From the IMG/VR virus record IMGVR_UViG_3300022848_000777, positions 32,001 to 96,000 of that record: DNA of 64,000 nt; one strand, given 5' to 3'. Source of the DNA: a virus. Each line of letters opens with the position of its first letter. Within the stretch, counting starts at the first letter, position 1. The notes below the pieces were generated by a model, which worked only from the letters and a program-made list of their open reading frames with translations, made no database searches and was not told the DNA's origin. Made by a program: the position numbers and the translations under genes. Positions 49,398-60,921 of the stretch are shown here, one piece after another.

Positions 49398-50099
49398 ATG
49401 TACGATAAAATTACAGGAGTAATCACAAAATCAGTAATGAGACAGATACGAAGGTGTATAGAACATAAACCAACAAAAATGGGTTGTTATCTTATCAGAA
49501 CTGACCCACCGATGGGTAAGGGGATTCATTATCTACTATCACATGATAATGATTCGATACACATAGGTGATTTTAAAGACAAAAAATCGAAGTTATCATT
49601 ATCAAGTTCACTAAAGATTAAAATATCAGATACGGTTCCTTCGGGTGATTTCTATATAAATGCATTCGCTGATGAAGGACTTTGGTGTGATTTGCAATTA
49701 TTAATTGCTGTAAACCCAACCGATGGTCATCAAATTCTAAGTAAAATAAATCCATATATAAGAGAAGCAGTGCGGCATGAAATAGAACATTTCACCCAAC
49801 GTGGTGATAATCTTAAAATTTCAAAGAAAATAAGACATAATAATTCCATACGGGCTAAGATCAATTCGGGATTGCTACCAGTGTATAGGTATCTAATACT
49901 ACCTGATGAGATTGATGCTAATATACATGGGTTATATGCTAAGGCTAAGAGTATTAAAGAACCTTATCAAATTGTAGTTGATAATCATTTAGATTTATTT
50001 GTAAAGGATGGTGATCTTACAGATCGTGAGAGAAGTATTGTGTATAGATCGTGGAAAAATCGAATTCCAAAAATAGGTGGAATTCCAAAATTGAATTGA
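49398..50099 (+). CDS. HExxH zinc-metallopeptidase-like protein
   Basis: VRHEIEHFTQ...YL..PDEIDA. Confidence 0.65.
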   Translation: MYDKITGVITKSVMRQIRRCIEHKPTKMGCYLIRTDPPMGKGIHYLLSHDNDSIHIGDFKDKKSKLSLSSSLKIKISDTVPSGDFYINAFADEGLWCDLQLLIAVNPTDGHQILSKINPYIREAVRHEIEHFTQRGDNLKISKKIRHNNSIRAKINSGLLPVYRYLILPDEIDANIHGLYAKAKSIKEPYQIVVDNHLDLFVKDGDLTDRERSIVYRSWKNRIPKIGGIPKLN

Positions 50100-50162
50100 T
50101 TTAAAATCAGTATTGGTGAGTAATTAAATTTATTAACATATTTATAGACATAAACAAAAACT

Positions 50163-50387
50163 ATGGATTACGAGAATCAAGCAATGTTAGTTACATATGG
50201 TATTTTGAAATCACCAGATTTTAAATGGGATGGTGATTGGCCTAATGAAATGAAAATAGCTTTACTTAAAATTCTGATTAACTATTTTGAAAAATCACAA
50301 GAATACGAACGATGTGTTCTTCTTCAAAATATGTTAGTTGATAGGGAGAATGATGGTGAATATAATGATAAAGCAATTGCAGAGTGA
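50163..50387 (+). CDS. Small protein with UvrB/C-like coiled motif
   Basis: YFEKSQEYERCVLLQ. Confidence 0.55.
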   Translation: MDYENQAMLVTYGILKSPDFKWDGDWPNEMKIALLKILINYFEKSQEYERCVLLQNMLVDRENDGEYNDKAIAE

Positions 50388-50523
50388 TGTAATTAGAAAT
50401 GGTGATGATTTGATAGTATACCTTCGAACTGAAAATGATGTCAATATTGAGGCTCACCTTTGTAATGGGAGTGGGTTAATTGAAATAGTGCAGAAATTAC
50501 GTAAAAAGATACAATCTATATGA
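50365..50523 (+). CDS. Hypothetical protein (start uncertain)
   Basis: ORF with ATGA coupling to next gene. Confidence 0.45.
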   Translation: MIKQLQSDVIRNGDDLIVYLRTENDVNIEAHLCNGSGLIEIVQKLRKKIQSI

Positions 50524-50750
50524 AGTTAATAATGTTAAATGATGATATACATAGTTTCGAAGAGGTGATCTACCTGTTGGGTTCTTATTTAACATATCCC
50601 AAATCACAACTAATATCAATAGTATCTTTGGTGGATAATGTTGGGTGGTGTTCTGTAATGGAAAGTGAGAATACTGCTAGTATATCAGATGCAATGTCTT
50701 ATTTAACTAAACAGGGTTTATCTTTAAAAATAGAGGATTCGGATGTCTAA
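50520..50750 (+). CDS. clpS: ClpS-like protease adaptor
   Basis: LIMLNDDIHSFEEVI..L......VDNVG...V. Confidence 0.7.
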   Translation: MKLIMLNDDIHSFEEVIYLLGSYLTYPKSQLISIVSLVDNVGWCSVMESENTASISDAMSYLTKQGLSLKIEDSDV

Positions 50751-50901
50751 ATCAAAAGGACTAGGTGATGATATTAAAAAGATAACTAAGTTTACTAAAA
50801 TAGATAAACTTGCCGAATCAATTGCTAAATATATGGGTAAGGATGATTGTGGTTGTGATGGAAGGGCTGATAAACTAAATACTTGGAAACCATACAAATA
50901 A
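50743..50901 (+). CDS. Small conserved phage protein (52 aa, not in track)
   Basis: MSKSKGLGDDIKKIT...DCGCDGRADKLN. Confidence 0.65.
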   Translation: MSKSKGLGDDIKKITKFTKIDKLAESIAKYMGKDDCGCDGRADKLNTWKPYK

Positions 50902-50919
50902 AATTAATTAGGTGTAAAA

Positions 50920-52182
50920 ATGAAAATAAGCGAATATATTGAACGTGGGGTATTATCTAGGATAGTTGAGGAAACTGTATCTGTTAATTATATGAATAAG
51001 GATAAAGGATTTAAAGCTGATAAGAAAATATTCAAAGGTAAGAATGCATATGATAAAGCAGTGGCTTGGGCAAAAACGAACTTAGAAAAGTTTAATATGG
51101 ATAACATCAAATATGAATCATCAAATGTTGTCGAAGCTAAATCTGATGAGTATGCACTTGATTATAATGATGACAGACGACGATTCGCAGTTTATAAAGT
51201 AAATGGTGGTAAAGTAGTAGAATATTTCAAAAACGAAAAAGATGCTATAGACCATATGGATAAACTAAACTCATCAAAGAATGAATCAAATGATCGTATT
51301 GATGAAAAGTTAATTACATTTTCTAATAGATCACCGTATGGTCAAATAGTACTCTTAGCAGGTGGGGCTGGAAGTGGTAAGGGATTTGCAAGAGATAAAT
51401 TTATTGATTCAACGGGTTTCAAAGTCAGAGATGTTGATGAGATGAAAAAGGCACTTGGTAGGTTAGATAAACTAGGTAAGGTATCAATAGATGCCGTGTA
51501 TAAGAAATACGGTGGTAATTTAACACCAAAACAAGACAGACATATTCAAGAATTCGTTTTAAATAAGAACATGTCTATTTCAGATTTAGCTGACAACCTG
51601 AGCAACCCTGATAATGTAGCATCATTACATGCTATTGTTGATGCAATGGGTCTTAAAGATAAGTGGTTGGTTAATATGTTGAATGGAAAATCGAATAAAG
51701 AAACATTACCTAACTTAATGTTTGACATGACCGCTAAAAAGATAACCTCAGTAACCAATCTGATCAAACCTCTGGTAGATCGGGGTTATGATGCAAAAAA
51801 TATTCACTTAATATGGGTTCTATCAAATTACGAATTGGCAGTGGAGCGGAACAAAAAGAGACCTAGAGTAGTGCCAGATGATATGCAATTACAAACACAT
51901 GAAGGTGCAGCTGAAACAATTTGGGGTATATTAACTAAGGCAATACCAAAGGGATTAAATGGTAGAATTGATGTGATATTGGGTAACACCGAACATACTA
52001 TCAGACATAAAGATTCCAACGGTGATGAAATAGAAGATTCTATTAAAGGTTTTCTAGCATTACCAATCAAACCACAAGGAAAATCTATATTCCCTGAAAA
52101 GAATTGGAAGATGAGATTATATAGATGGGTACTTAAAAATGCACCTAAGAGTGTTGATGTACGATCTGATTCAGATAGTTAA
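50920..52182 (+). CDS. Zeta-toxin-like P-loop kinase with N-terminal modules
   Basis: LAGGAGSGKG, DVDE, FDMT, RN..RPRVVP. Confidence 0.7.
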   Translation: MKISEYIERGVLSRIVEETVSVNYMNKDKGFKADKKIFKGKNAYDKAVAWAKTNLEKFNMDNIKYESSNVVEAKSDEYALDYNDDRRRFAVYKVNGGKVVEYFKNEKDAIDHMDKLNSSKNESNDRIDEKLITFSNRSPYGQIVLLAGGAGSGKGFARDKFIDSTGFKVRDVDEMKKALGRLDKLGKVSIDAVYKKYGGNLTPKQDRHIQEFVLNKNMSISDLADNLSNPDNVASLHAIVDAMGLKDKWLVNMLNGKSNKETLPNLMFDMTAKKITSVTNLIKPLVDRGYDAKNIHLIWVLSNYELAVERNKKRPRVVPDDMQLQTHEGAAETIWGILTKAIPKGLNGRIDVILGNTEHTIRHKDSNGDEIEDSIKGFLALPIKPQGKSIFPEKNWKMRLYRWVLKNAPKSVDVRSDSDS

Positions 52183-52273
52183 CAATTCCTTAACATACTA
52201 AATTAGGATTAATCAAATCAAAACAGTACCTTTATTTTGTTGGGTTGAGGAAGTAACCTCACCAATTTAAAAT
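52178..52273 (+). repeat. 96-bp promoter-hairpin cassette, copy 1
   Basis: Identical to 52525..52620; TTAACA x2, TTAGG-N19-TACCTTTA, TGAGG/CCTCA hairpin. Confidence 0.9.
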
Positions 52274-52302
52274 TATGATATTTGAATCAAATTAATATCA
52301 AG

Positions 52303-52518
52303 ATGAAAAAAGGGCAAACGTTTAAAATAAAGCATTCAGATGGGATCATTATCACCGAAGTTGTGGATATTGTTAAAAATATAAGAGAATTAAAAGCGGT
52401 TAATGTTTACCATCATATCCGAAAAAATAGTATAATACACACCTATTCAGAAGTTCTAAAAACTACTCTAGTAGTTTGTGAATCTTGCGCTGTTTACGAT
52501 TTAAAAGAAATAGTATAA
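52303..52518 (+). CDS. Hypothetical early protein between identical repeats
   Basis: ATG 52303; CESC. Confidence 0.6.
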   Translation: MKKGQTFKIKHSDGIIITEVVDIVKNIRELKAVNVYHHIRKNSIIHTYSEVLKTTLVVCESCAVYDLKEIV

Positions 52519-52524
52519 GAAAAC

Positions 52525-52620
52525 GTTAACAATTCCTTAACATACTAAATTAGGATTAATCAAATCAAAACAGTACCTTTATTTTGTTGGGTTGAGGAAG
52601 TAACCTCACCAATTTAAAAT
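52525..52620 (+). repeat. 96-bp promoter-hairpin cassette, copy 2
   Basis: Identical to 52178..52273. Confidence 0.9.
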
Positions 52621-52628
52621 CCAAAGAT

Positions 52629-52844
52629 ATGAATTTGATTAAAAAAGAAGTTGTTGATTATTTGAAAATGATCGATGTACAACTGTCTAATAGAATGCAA
52701 GAATTATCAGAATTGGTTATAGAAAATAACATTGAATATGTTACTATCTCCGTACTTCGAAATACACTTCCTATTGATATAGTAAAGGAAATGCAGTGTA
52801 ACGTAGTTAGTTATCTATTTCAAATAGATAATAGTAATTCTTAA
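52629..52844 (+). CDS. Hypothetical early protein
   Basis: ORF directly after cassette. Confidence 0.6.
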   Translation: MNLIKKEVVDYLKMIDVQLSNRMQELSELVIENNIEYVTISVLRNTLPIDIVKEMQCNVVSYLFQIDNSNS

Positions 52845-52895
52845 CAATTCCTTAACATTGAATTTTTGATTATTCAGATATATTTCGTATCTTTA
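52841..52895 (+). promoter_or_regulatory. Class A promoter with TTAACAATTCCTTAACAT box
   Basis: TTTTG-N19-TATCTTTA with the same upstream box. Confidence 0.7.
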
Positions 52896-52931
52896 CTATG
52901 TAATGATTGATAACCCCCAAATGATAAAAAT

Positions 52932-55046
52932 ATGATGAAAACCGATAACAAATATAGTTCCTTTTGGGCTGATTGTTTCAAACGAAATGGCAGTGGATTG
53001 GATGATGCCGAATCTAAATCGAATGATTTGATTCAAATGGCATCTTATAAAAAATCCATTGCGAACTTTGTAGCAATAACAACCAATCAAAATATCCCTG
53101 TTGAGTTCAATCTTAGAGGTGATGGTTCTTATACTGATGGTAAGGTTGTTACTATTTCAGCTAAAATGGATAACAACCATTTTGATTCTACAGTAGGATT
53201 GGCATTGCATGAAGGTAGTCATGTTAAATTAACTAATTTCGAAATATTAGTAGATCTAAATTGTAGTAGATTTCCATCGAAAATTACCGATGATTTTATT
53301 TCTGATTTGCAAGTAAAATATGGACTTGATTTATTTAAAACTAACCGTTATATAAAAGGTATTGTAAAGAACCTTTTGAATGTAGTTGAAGATAGGCGTA
53401 TTGATAATTACATCTACTCTACGGCCCCTGGTTACAAAGGATACTACCAAGCAATGTATGATAGGTACTTTAATGACCCACTTATTGATAAGGCACTTCA
53501 ATCGAATTCGAAACGAGATTTGGATTGGGATTCTTATATGTTCCACATCATCAACATTGTTAACAAAAATAGAGATCTAGATGCGTTACCAGTTCTCAGA
53601 GATGTTTTTAACTTAATTGATTTGAGAAACATCGATAGATTAAAATCCACCACCGATGCCTATGAATTGGCAGGTGAAATCTTTGTGATGATCGAAAATA
53701 GTTTACCAACCCCCGATGAAGGTGAAGGTGAAGGTGAAGGTGAAGGTGAAGGTGAAGGTGAAGGTGAAGGTGAAGGTGAAGGTGACGGTCAAGGTGAAGG
53801 TGAGGGTGAAGGTGATGAACTAGACAAATCTACTGGTAACAGTGGTGGTGGTGGTGGTGCAACTTCCAAAAATGATTCTGATGAATTAGATGATTCTGAT
53901 GGAGATTCTGATGGGGGTAAAGCTAAAACCGAAACCGAAATTGGTAACGGTAAATCAGGTGGTTCTGGTTCAGATTTGCGTGATCTAAGTAAAAGGCAAG
54001 AATCTCAACTTGAAAAAAAGATAAAGAAGCAACACGAATTTCAGAACGGTGCTGTTAAAAAAACATCAGTTACTGCGGCTGAGAAAAAACGATTGGATGT
54101 GTTATCCGAAGCTGACATTACTCAAAAAATAGCAGGTAAGGATTATGATTCTAATCATCCGTCAAGATCCAATTCAACTCCAGTTTTGATTGTTAATAAC
54201 TTAACTAAATCACTTGTTAATGGTGATGTGATTGGAATGTTATCAGATGGTTATAAAACACCTGACATGATAGAGGCGGTCAATAAAGGTGTTCAATTGG
54301 GTATGGCACTTGGGCGAAGATTGAAAGTTCGATCTGAATCTAAAAGTTTGTTTACTACTAGATTGAATGCAGGTAAGATTGATAGGCGGTTAATAAATGA
54401 AATCGGTATGGGAAATGATAAAATATTCTCTACACTGAAAGTCGAGAATCGCAAAAAGGCATTCATTCACATTAGTATTGATGCAAGTTCCTCTATGAGT
54501 GGCGGGTTGTTTAGATCAGCACAAACGACCGCAGTGGCCATCGCAAAGGCAGCTTCGATGACTAACAATATGGATGTTGTTATTTCTTATAGAGCAGTTA
54601 AGTATAATGGTTCACATGAATATCCATTGGTATTGATGGCATATGATTCTAGAAAAGATAAGTTTTCAAAAATCACATCACTTTTTAAATATATTTCACC
54701 ACATGGTACAACTCCAGAAGGTCTGTGTTTTGAAGCTATTAAAAAGCAAATAACATCAACTGTTAATCCTGATACTGATAGTTACCTATTGAATATTTCA
54801 GATGGTATGCCTGGGTTTTCAAATAAAGATGTTTACTATACAGGCACCAACGCCATTGCACATACCAGATCTCAAATTAAATCTATTGAAAGAACTGGTG
54901 TTAAGATACTATCATACTTTGTTTCCTCTTATGGTAATAATGCTCAACTTCCCGCATTTCAACAAATGTATGGCAAGGCAGCAGAAGCAATTTCTCTTAA
55001 TGAACTTCAACCATTAGCACGGTCGCTGAATAAATTGTTTGAGTAA
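52932..55046 (+). CDS. vWA (MIDAS) protein with N-terminal HExxH domain (CobT-like) and GE-repeat linker
   Basis: TDG, LALHEGSH, NVVEDRRID, IDASSSM, TPEG, ISDG.P. Confidence 0.8.
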   Translation: MMKTDNKYSSFWADCFKRNGSGLDDAESKSNDLIQMASYKKSIANFVAITTNQNIPVEFNLRGDGSYTDGKVVTISAKMDNNHFDSTVGLALHEGSHVKLTNFEILVDLNCSRFPSKITDDFISDLQVKYGLDLFKTNRYIKGIVKNLLNVVEDRRIDNYIYSTAPGYKGYYQAMYDRYFNDPLIDKALQSNSKRDLDWDSYMFHIINIVNKNRDLDALPVLRDVFNLIDLRNIDRLKSTTDAYELAGEIFVMIENSLPTPDEGEGEGEGEGEGEGEGEGEGEGDGQGEGEGEGDELDKSTGNSGGGGGATSKNDSDELDDSDGDSDGGKAKTETEIGNGKSGGSGSDLRDLSKRQESQLEKKIKKQHEFQNGAVKKTSVTAAEKKRLDVLSEADITQKIAGKDYDSNHPSRSNSTPVLIVNNLTKSLVNGDVIGMLSDGYKTPDMIEAVNKGVQLGMALGRRLKVRSESKSLFTTRLNAGKIDRRLINEIGMGNDKIFSTLKVENRKKAFIHISIDASSSMSGGLFRSAQTTAVAIAKAASMTNNMDVVISYRAVKYNGSHEYPLVLMAYDSRKDKFSKITSLFKYISPHGTTPEGLCFEAIKKQITSTVNPDTDSYLLNISDGMPGFSNKDVYYTGTNAIAHTRSQIKSIERTGVKILSYFVSSYGNNAQLPAFQQMYGKAAEAISLNELQPLARSLNKLFE
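53718..53813 (+). repeat. Coding hexanucleotide microsatellite (GAAGGT)n encoding Glu-Gly
   Basis: About 16 units with one GACGGTCAAGGT interruption and one GAGGGT variant. Confidence 0.95.
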
Positions 55047-55071
55047 TCTGATGGGGGTTAGATTATAAATC

Positions 55072-55102
55072 AATGAGGACATCTTCGGATGTTCTCATTT
55101 TT
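55072..55102 (+). terminator. Rho-independent terminator with cUUCGg tetraloop
   Basis: aatgaggacatc-ttcg-gatgttctcatt followed by T run. Confidence 0.85.
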
Positions 55103-55177
55103 AAAAATCTCTTAGCATTGAAAATTGGGATTAATCAAAGCAAACCCGTGAAACGCTTTATTTAAATTAACACTTAG

Positions 55178-56660
<1,483 letters not shown>

Positions 56661-56668
56661 TCAAAGAT

Positions 56669-56881
56669 ATGAAGTGGGTTAAACCAAGTGAACGAAATCC
56701 AGATGGTGTTTATTCATTTAAAACTATAAGTGAATGGGTGGCGGTTAAGTTCTTTAGTGAGTACAATAAAAAAGAGGTTACAGGAAGTGCAAGATACTGC
56801 CATGACAGAAATCAGTGGTTTATATCTGGTGGTCACGTCAATGGTGAGAAAATCGTAATTGAATGGTTAGATGAGGTATAA
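56669..56881 (+). CDS. Hypothetical protein (DUF551-like)
   Basis: MKWVKPSERNP...VIEWLDE; real ATG at 56669. Confidence 0.6.
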   Translation: MKWVKPSERNPDGVYSFKTISEWVAVKFFSEYNKKEVTGSARYCHDRNQWFISGGHVNGEKIVIEWLDEV

Positions 56882-56911
56882 GCAATGTTAACGAATTAAA
56901 AAATTAATACT

Positions 56912-57478
56912 ATGAAAAAGCACTTTTATTTTATGTTTGATGGGATGAAATTCAAACTTGGTACGAAGCACTTAATTCTATCACCAACGAGGTCAATTTG
57001 TATTAATCATGTAGCAGCGGCAAGTATCATTAAACAATACGTTAAGGCGAAGTTCCCTGATGTGTTAGTTTCTACCGCAAGTGAGAGTTATAGTATGGGT
57101 TGTTCAGCCAGAGCTTATATTTCTCACAAAGATGGTCGAGGAATAAATAAATCTGCTTACGATGATGTTCGTAATTTTGCTAAAAAGTTTCAAATGGGTA
57201 ATTTCAATGGAATGACCGATTCATATGAGTATAATGCAGATACTCTAAGCACTGATAGTGGTATGCATATTGATGCTTACACAAAATACATCAGCGTTGA
57301 AAATGAACCAAAGTTTGGAACTGTTGCACACATTATGAACTCTATAAAAGAACGTACTTCTATTAGTTCACAATATGCAGGTGGTGCTGTTTCTTTAGAC
57401 CAAGCAATCAAGGATTGTTCTTCATTCGCATCTGATAAAATAATTCAAACCGCAGTAGCAGAACTAGAAAAATTATAA
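56912..57478 (+). CDS. LPD29-like (large polyvalent protein-associated) domain protein
   Basis: AASIIKQYVK.KFP..VS..S.SYS.G.S....F..G.F.GMTD.Y.Y. Confidence 0.6.
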   Translation: MKKHFYFMFDGMKFKLGTKHLILSPTRSICINHVAAASIIKQYVKAKFPDVLVSTASESYSMGCSARAYISHKDGRGINKSAYDDVRNFAKKFQMGNFNGMTDSYEYNADTLSTDSGMHIDAYTKYISVENEPKFGTVAHIMNSIKERTSISSQYAGGAVSLDQAIKDCSSFASDKIIQTAVAELEKL

Positions 57479-57482
57479 AAAT

Positions 57483-57662
57483 ATGATAGAGATAACAATT
57501 TTAGCAGCAGTAATTATTGTAGTTGTACTAAACACTATACTAGATCACTTATTTAATTGGTGGATACGGGAATGGGACGATGATTCGTGCATCGTAGTAA
57601 TTAGTGTTTATATGTTTAAATTTGTGATTTTATTTGGAATTCTATTCGAAATATTAAAATAG
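57483..57662 (+). CDS. Small two-TM membrane protein (59 aa, not in track)
   Basis: MIEITILAAVIIVVVLN...VILFGILFEILK. Confidence 0.55.
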   Translation: MIEITILAAVIIVVVLNTILDHLFNWWIREWDDDSCIVVISVYMFKFVILFGILFEILK

Positions 57663-57664
57663 AT

Positions 57665-58117
57665 ATGAATATAGATACATCTGTAGAATTTGAGGTAGCT
57701 AAATTAGCAAAAGAACATGGATTTGATTGGAGAACCCGATGGTATTATCAGCATGCATTAACAGAACGGATTCATCCCGAAGATGGTGCAGCAGGGCCAT
57801 TTGGATGGAAACTTGGTGAAACTAGCCTACAGATTGGGCATTTTATTAATTTCTGTAAACTTAGTGATTTAACTAATGAAAGTTGGTTTCAATGTTCAGC
57901 ACCATATAGGCATGAAATTGAAAATTGGCTTAGAGTAGAATGTGGTATTCACTTGATGCATCGACCATTTTTTGATTCCATAGATGGTGATAAATATGTA
58001 TGTGATGTTATCAGACGATGTGATGGTAGGGTAATAAAATCAAGTCGATATGGTGATTATGTAGATGCATTTGATGAGGGATTGTTGAATTCATTCAAGC
58101 TGATTGCATTAAAATAA
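57665..58117 (+). CDS. Hypothetical protein (Bacteroidota phage type)
   Basis: VEFEVAKLAKEHGFD..SAP....WLR....Y..A..EGL. Confidence 0.65.
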   Translation: MNIDTSVEFEVAKLAKEHGFDWRTRWYYQHALTERIHPEDGAAGPFGWKLGETSLQIGHFINFCKLSDLTNESWFQCSAPYRHEIENWLRVECGIHLMHRPFFDSIDGDKYVCDVIRRCDGRVIKSSRYGDYVDAFDEGLLNSFKLIALK

Positions 58118-58126
58118 CATTCTAAA

Positions 58127-58157
58127 TTAGGAATTCTAATCTATAATTCGTATATTG
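58127..58157 (+). promoter_or_regulatory. Class B promoter TTAGG-N19-TATATTG
   Basis: Motif and spacing. Confidence 0.7.
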
Positions 58158-58192
58158 TACTTGTAATAAGTGATGATAACGAAACAAAATAA

Positions 58193-58663
58193 ATGAAAAA
58201 AATTGTATATTTCGACATGGATGGCGTACTAGTCGATTTCAAATCCGCCATTGATAAACTAAAAATCAGAGATGAACTTATCGTTCAAAAATATGGAGAT
58301 GATGTTGATAATATACCTGGCATTTTCTCAATGATGGAACCGATTGTGGAAATGGTTGATCTATTCAACCGTATGGTATGTGATGATAAATTCGATTGTT
58401 ATGTACTTTCTACACCACCTTGGGGCAATCCCTCTGCTTGGACTGACAAACTAATTTGGATTAAAAAATACCTTCCTCTAGCTCACAAACGACTAATACT
58501 ATCACATAATAAAAACCTATGTGCTGGTGATTATTTGATAGATGATCGAACGGCAAATGGGGTAGGTCAATTCAAAGGTAAACTTATTCAGTATGGTGCA
58601 TCTGATTTCCAAAACGCATCTCACGTCGAAGATTATATATATAGCAATGAAGAAGCATATTAG
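58193..58663 (+). CDS. HAD 5'(3')-deoxyribonucleotidase
   Basis: FDMDGVLVDF, LST.P, DK..W, LIDDR. Confidence 0.88.
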   Translation: MKKIVYFDMDGVLVDFKSAIDKLKIRDELIVQKYGDDVDNIPGIFSMMEPIVEMVDLFNRMVCDDKFDCYVLSTPPWGNPSAWTDKLIWIKKYLPLAHKRLILSHNKNLCAGDYLIDDRTANGVGQFKGKLIQYGASDFQNASHVEDYIYSNEEAY

Positions 58664-59687
58664 TTACCCAAAAATTCCTCAATTTAGAAACATAGTTTCA
58701 AATATTAATAGAGAAGTTGCATTTACTGGCTTAGATGCAAATGGTGATGCTATTTACGATCCATCAATTAAAAAACCCACTTTAACATTTAAAGGAACCG
58801 TTAAATTACATGGAACTAATGCAGGTGTTTGTTTTAATTCTGAAAATGGATTTTGGATACAATCCAGAGAGAACATAATTACAGTTGAAAAAGATAATGC
58901 TGGTTTTGCATTTTTTGCAGAAGGCTATAAAATACAACTATGTTCTTTATTAGATGATTTAATTGATGAAAACCAAATAGACACTAAAATATATACGGTT
59001 TCCATTTATGGTGAGTGGGCAGGAAAGGGTATTCAAAAAGGTGTGGGTATATCTCAATTAGAGAAAGCATTTTATGTGTTTGGTGTGAAAATATCCAAAA
59101 CAAATGATCCTAAGTTTAATGCATATTGGATTGATTCAAGTAATGTTAGAAATGTAGAATATCGAATATTCAACGTAGAAGATTATGAAACATATTCTGT
59201 TGATGTAGACCTTAATATGCCGCAATTGGCTCAAAATAAGTTTGCTGAGATAACTAATACGGTAGAAGATGAATGTCCAATATCTAAGGCGTTTGGTATT
59301 GATAATGGATTAGGTGAGGGTGTCGTATGGAGTACTGAATACAAAGGAACCGTTCATAGATTTAAAGTAAAGGGTGATAAGCATTCAGTAACAAAAGTTA
59401 AAAAGCTTGCCAGCATCGATGTCGAAAAGTTAAACTCAATTCAGGATTTTGTTGAATATTCTGTTACTGAAAATAGATTTAATCAAGCCATCGAAATCGT
59501 TTTTGGTAAGGAACCATTGGATGTAAGAAAAATGGGTGATTTTATAAGGTGGGTTGTTAATGATATTTCATCAGAAGAAATGGACACAATGATAAAAAAC
59601 GGATTAGAGCCGAAAGATGTGAATAAGTACATATCTAATAAAGTTAGAGAAATGTTCTTTGAAGCACAAAATTCACGTGAATTTTAA
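58647..59687 (+). CDS. Rnl2-family RNA ligase
   Basis: Start MKKHISYPKI (ATG 58647); KLHGTN motif I, QSR, YGEW.G.GIQ, GEGVV, FKVK. Confidence 0.85.
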   Translation: MKKHISYPKIPQFRNIVSNINREVAFTGLDANGDAIYDPSIKKPTLTFKGTVKLHGTNAGVCFNSENGFWIQSRENIITVEKDNAGFAFFAEGYKIQLCSLLDDLIDENQIDTKIYTVSIYGEWAGKGIQKGVGISQLEKAFYVFGVKISKTNDPKFNAYWIDSSNVRNVEYRIFNVEDYETYSVDVDLNMPQLAQNKFAEITNTVEDECPISKAFGIDNGLGEGVVWSTEYKGTVHRFKVKGDKHSVTKVKKLASIDVEKLNSIQDFVEYSVTENRFNQAIEIVFGKEPLDVRKMGDFIRWVVNDISSEEMDTMIKNGLEPKDVNKYISNKVREMFFEAQNSREF

Positions 59688-59727
59688 TACTTAACTACAT
59701 TTTAAATGGCAGTTATAAAATCAAAAA

Positions 59728-60207
59728 ATGAAAGTAGTTAGGAATGTAAATAAAGGTAAACGTAGGACACGTAAGCACCATTACACCATTGGCACCGCAG
59801 TTGTTTTCAAATGGGATGGGTTTAGGGATTATGGGTACATCGGTGATCTAACTAATACCAACGATGGTTATTCGACATACACAATTAGATCAACTGGTTC
59901 AATTGGTTGCATATACCATGAAATGGAAATGGATGATGCGAGTGATCCATATAGCTATCTATCATCAATTTTAACTAAATCAATATCGCAGAGGGAATTG
60001 GATAATATATCCAAACATAAACAAAATCGAATAGAACTCACAAAATCTGGTACTCCAGGTGAAATATTCACAAGATTTAAAGTTAAAAAGAACTCAACTA
60101 CTAAAAAGAAAAAAACTATTAAAAAGAGCACCAAATCGGAGTTAGATGCGGCCATTCAAAAGCAGAAAGATTTTATTGATGGTAGTGTCAATAAGTTTTG
60201 GAATTGA
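59728..60207 (+). CDS. Hypothetical basic protein
   Basis: 159-aa ORF. Confidence 0.6.
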   Translation: MKVVRNVNKGKRRTRKHHYTIGTAVVFKWDGFRDYGYIGDLTNTNDGYSTYTIRSTGSIGCIYHEMEMDDASDPYSYLSSILTKSISQRELDNISKHKQNRIELTKSGTPGEIFTRFKVKKNSTTKKKKTIKKSTKSELDAAIQKQKDFIDGSVNKFWN

Positions 60208-60231
60208 TTTAATTTTGATATTTATAGGTAT

Positions 60232-60837
60232 ATGAGTGAATGGAAAAAAGGACAAATACTATCTAATGGGTATGTTATAGGTAAAGGTAGGACACCACTG
60301 AACCTAACAGAAGCTCAAATTAGATATGCTATGAAGAATAGTAAATCAAACTCAGAGGCAGCTAGGTTTCTTAATGTATCGACATCTACGTATTGGAAAT
60401 ATTCAAGACAATATACAGATGAAGAAAGTGGAGAAACTTTATGGGCAGTCCATAGTAATAAGACAGGTAAGGGTGTAAAACGAACGTATATCAATTCTAA
60501 ATACAACTTGAATGATATATTAGAAGGTAAGCATCCAAATTACCCTGTTTATAAATTGAAACAACGGTTAATAAAGAATTCCCATGTTATAAACTTCCCA
60601 TATGAGTGCCATAATTGTAGGTATAATGAAAAAAGAATCATAGATGATAAAATGCCATTGGTGTTAGATCATTTAGATGATGATTGGCATAATCATAGAA
60701 GAGAAAACATCAGATTTCTATGTTACAATTGCTATCATAATTTAAAAGGTAATTTGCGTGGAAGTCAACCACAATGGAGAATCGCGCAAATCACACAAGC
60801 AAAGAAAACATCAGAAAACAAAAATAAAAAAAGTTAA
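60232..60837 (+). CDS. HTH plus HNH endonuclease-like protein
   Basis: SNSEAARFLNVS..TY; CHNC...LDHLD...N..ENIRFLCYNC; preceded by ATATTTATA. Confidence 0.8.
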   Translation: MSEWKKGQILSNGYVIGKGRTPLNLTEAQIRYAMKNSKSNSEAARFLNVSTSTYWKYSRQYTDEESGETLWAVHSNKTGKGVKRTYINSKYNLNDILEGKHPNYPVYKLKQRLIKNSHVINFPYECHNCRYNEKRIIDDKMPLVLDHLDDDWHNHRRENIRFLCYNCYHNLKGNLRGSQPQWRIAQITQAKKTSENKNKKS

Positions 60838-60843
60838 AATAAA

Positions 60844-60874
60844 TTTGGAAAATCGGAATAGATTCCGTATATTG
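60844..60874 (+). promoter_or_regulatory. Class B promoter TTTGG-N19-TATATTG
   Basis: Motif upstream of groEL. Confidence 0.72.
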
Positions 60875-60921
60875 TGAGAAGAATTTAATACTTATTAATA
60901 AACAACAAAAAAAGAAGTTAT

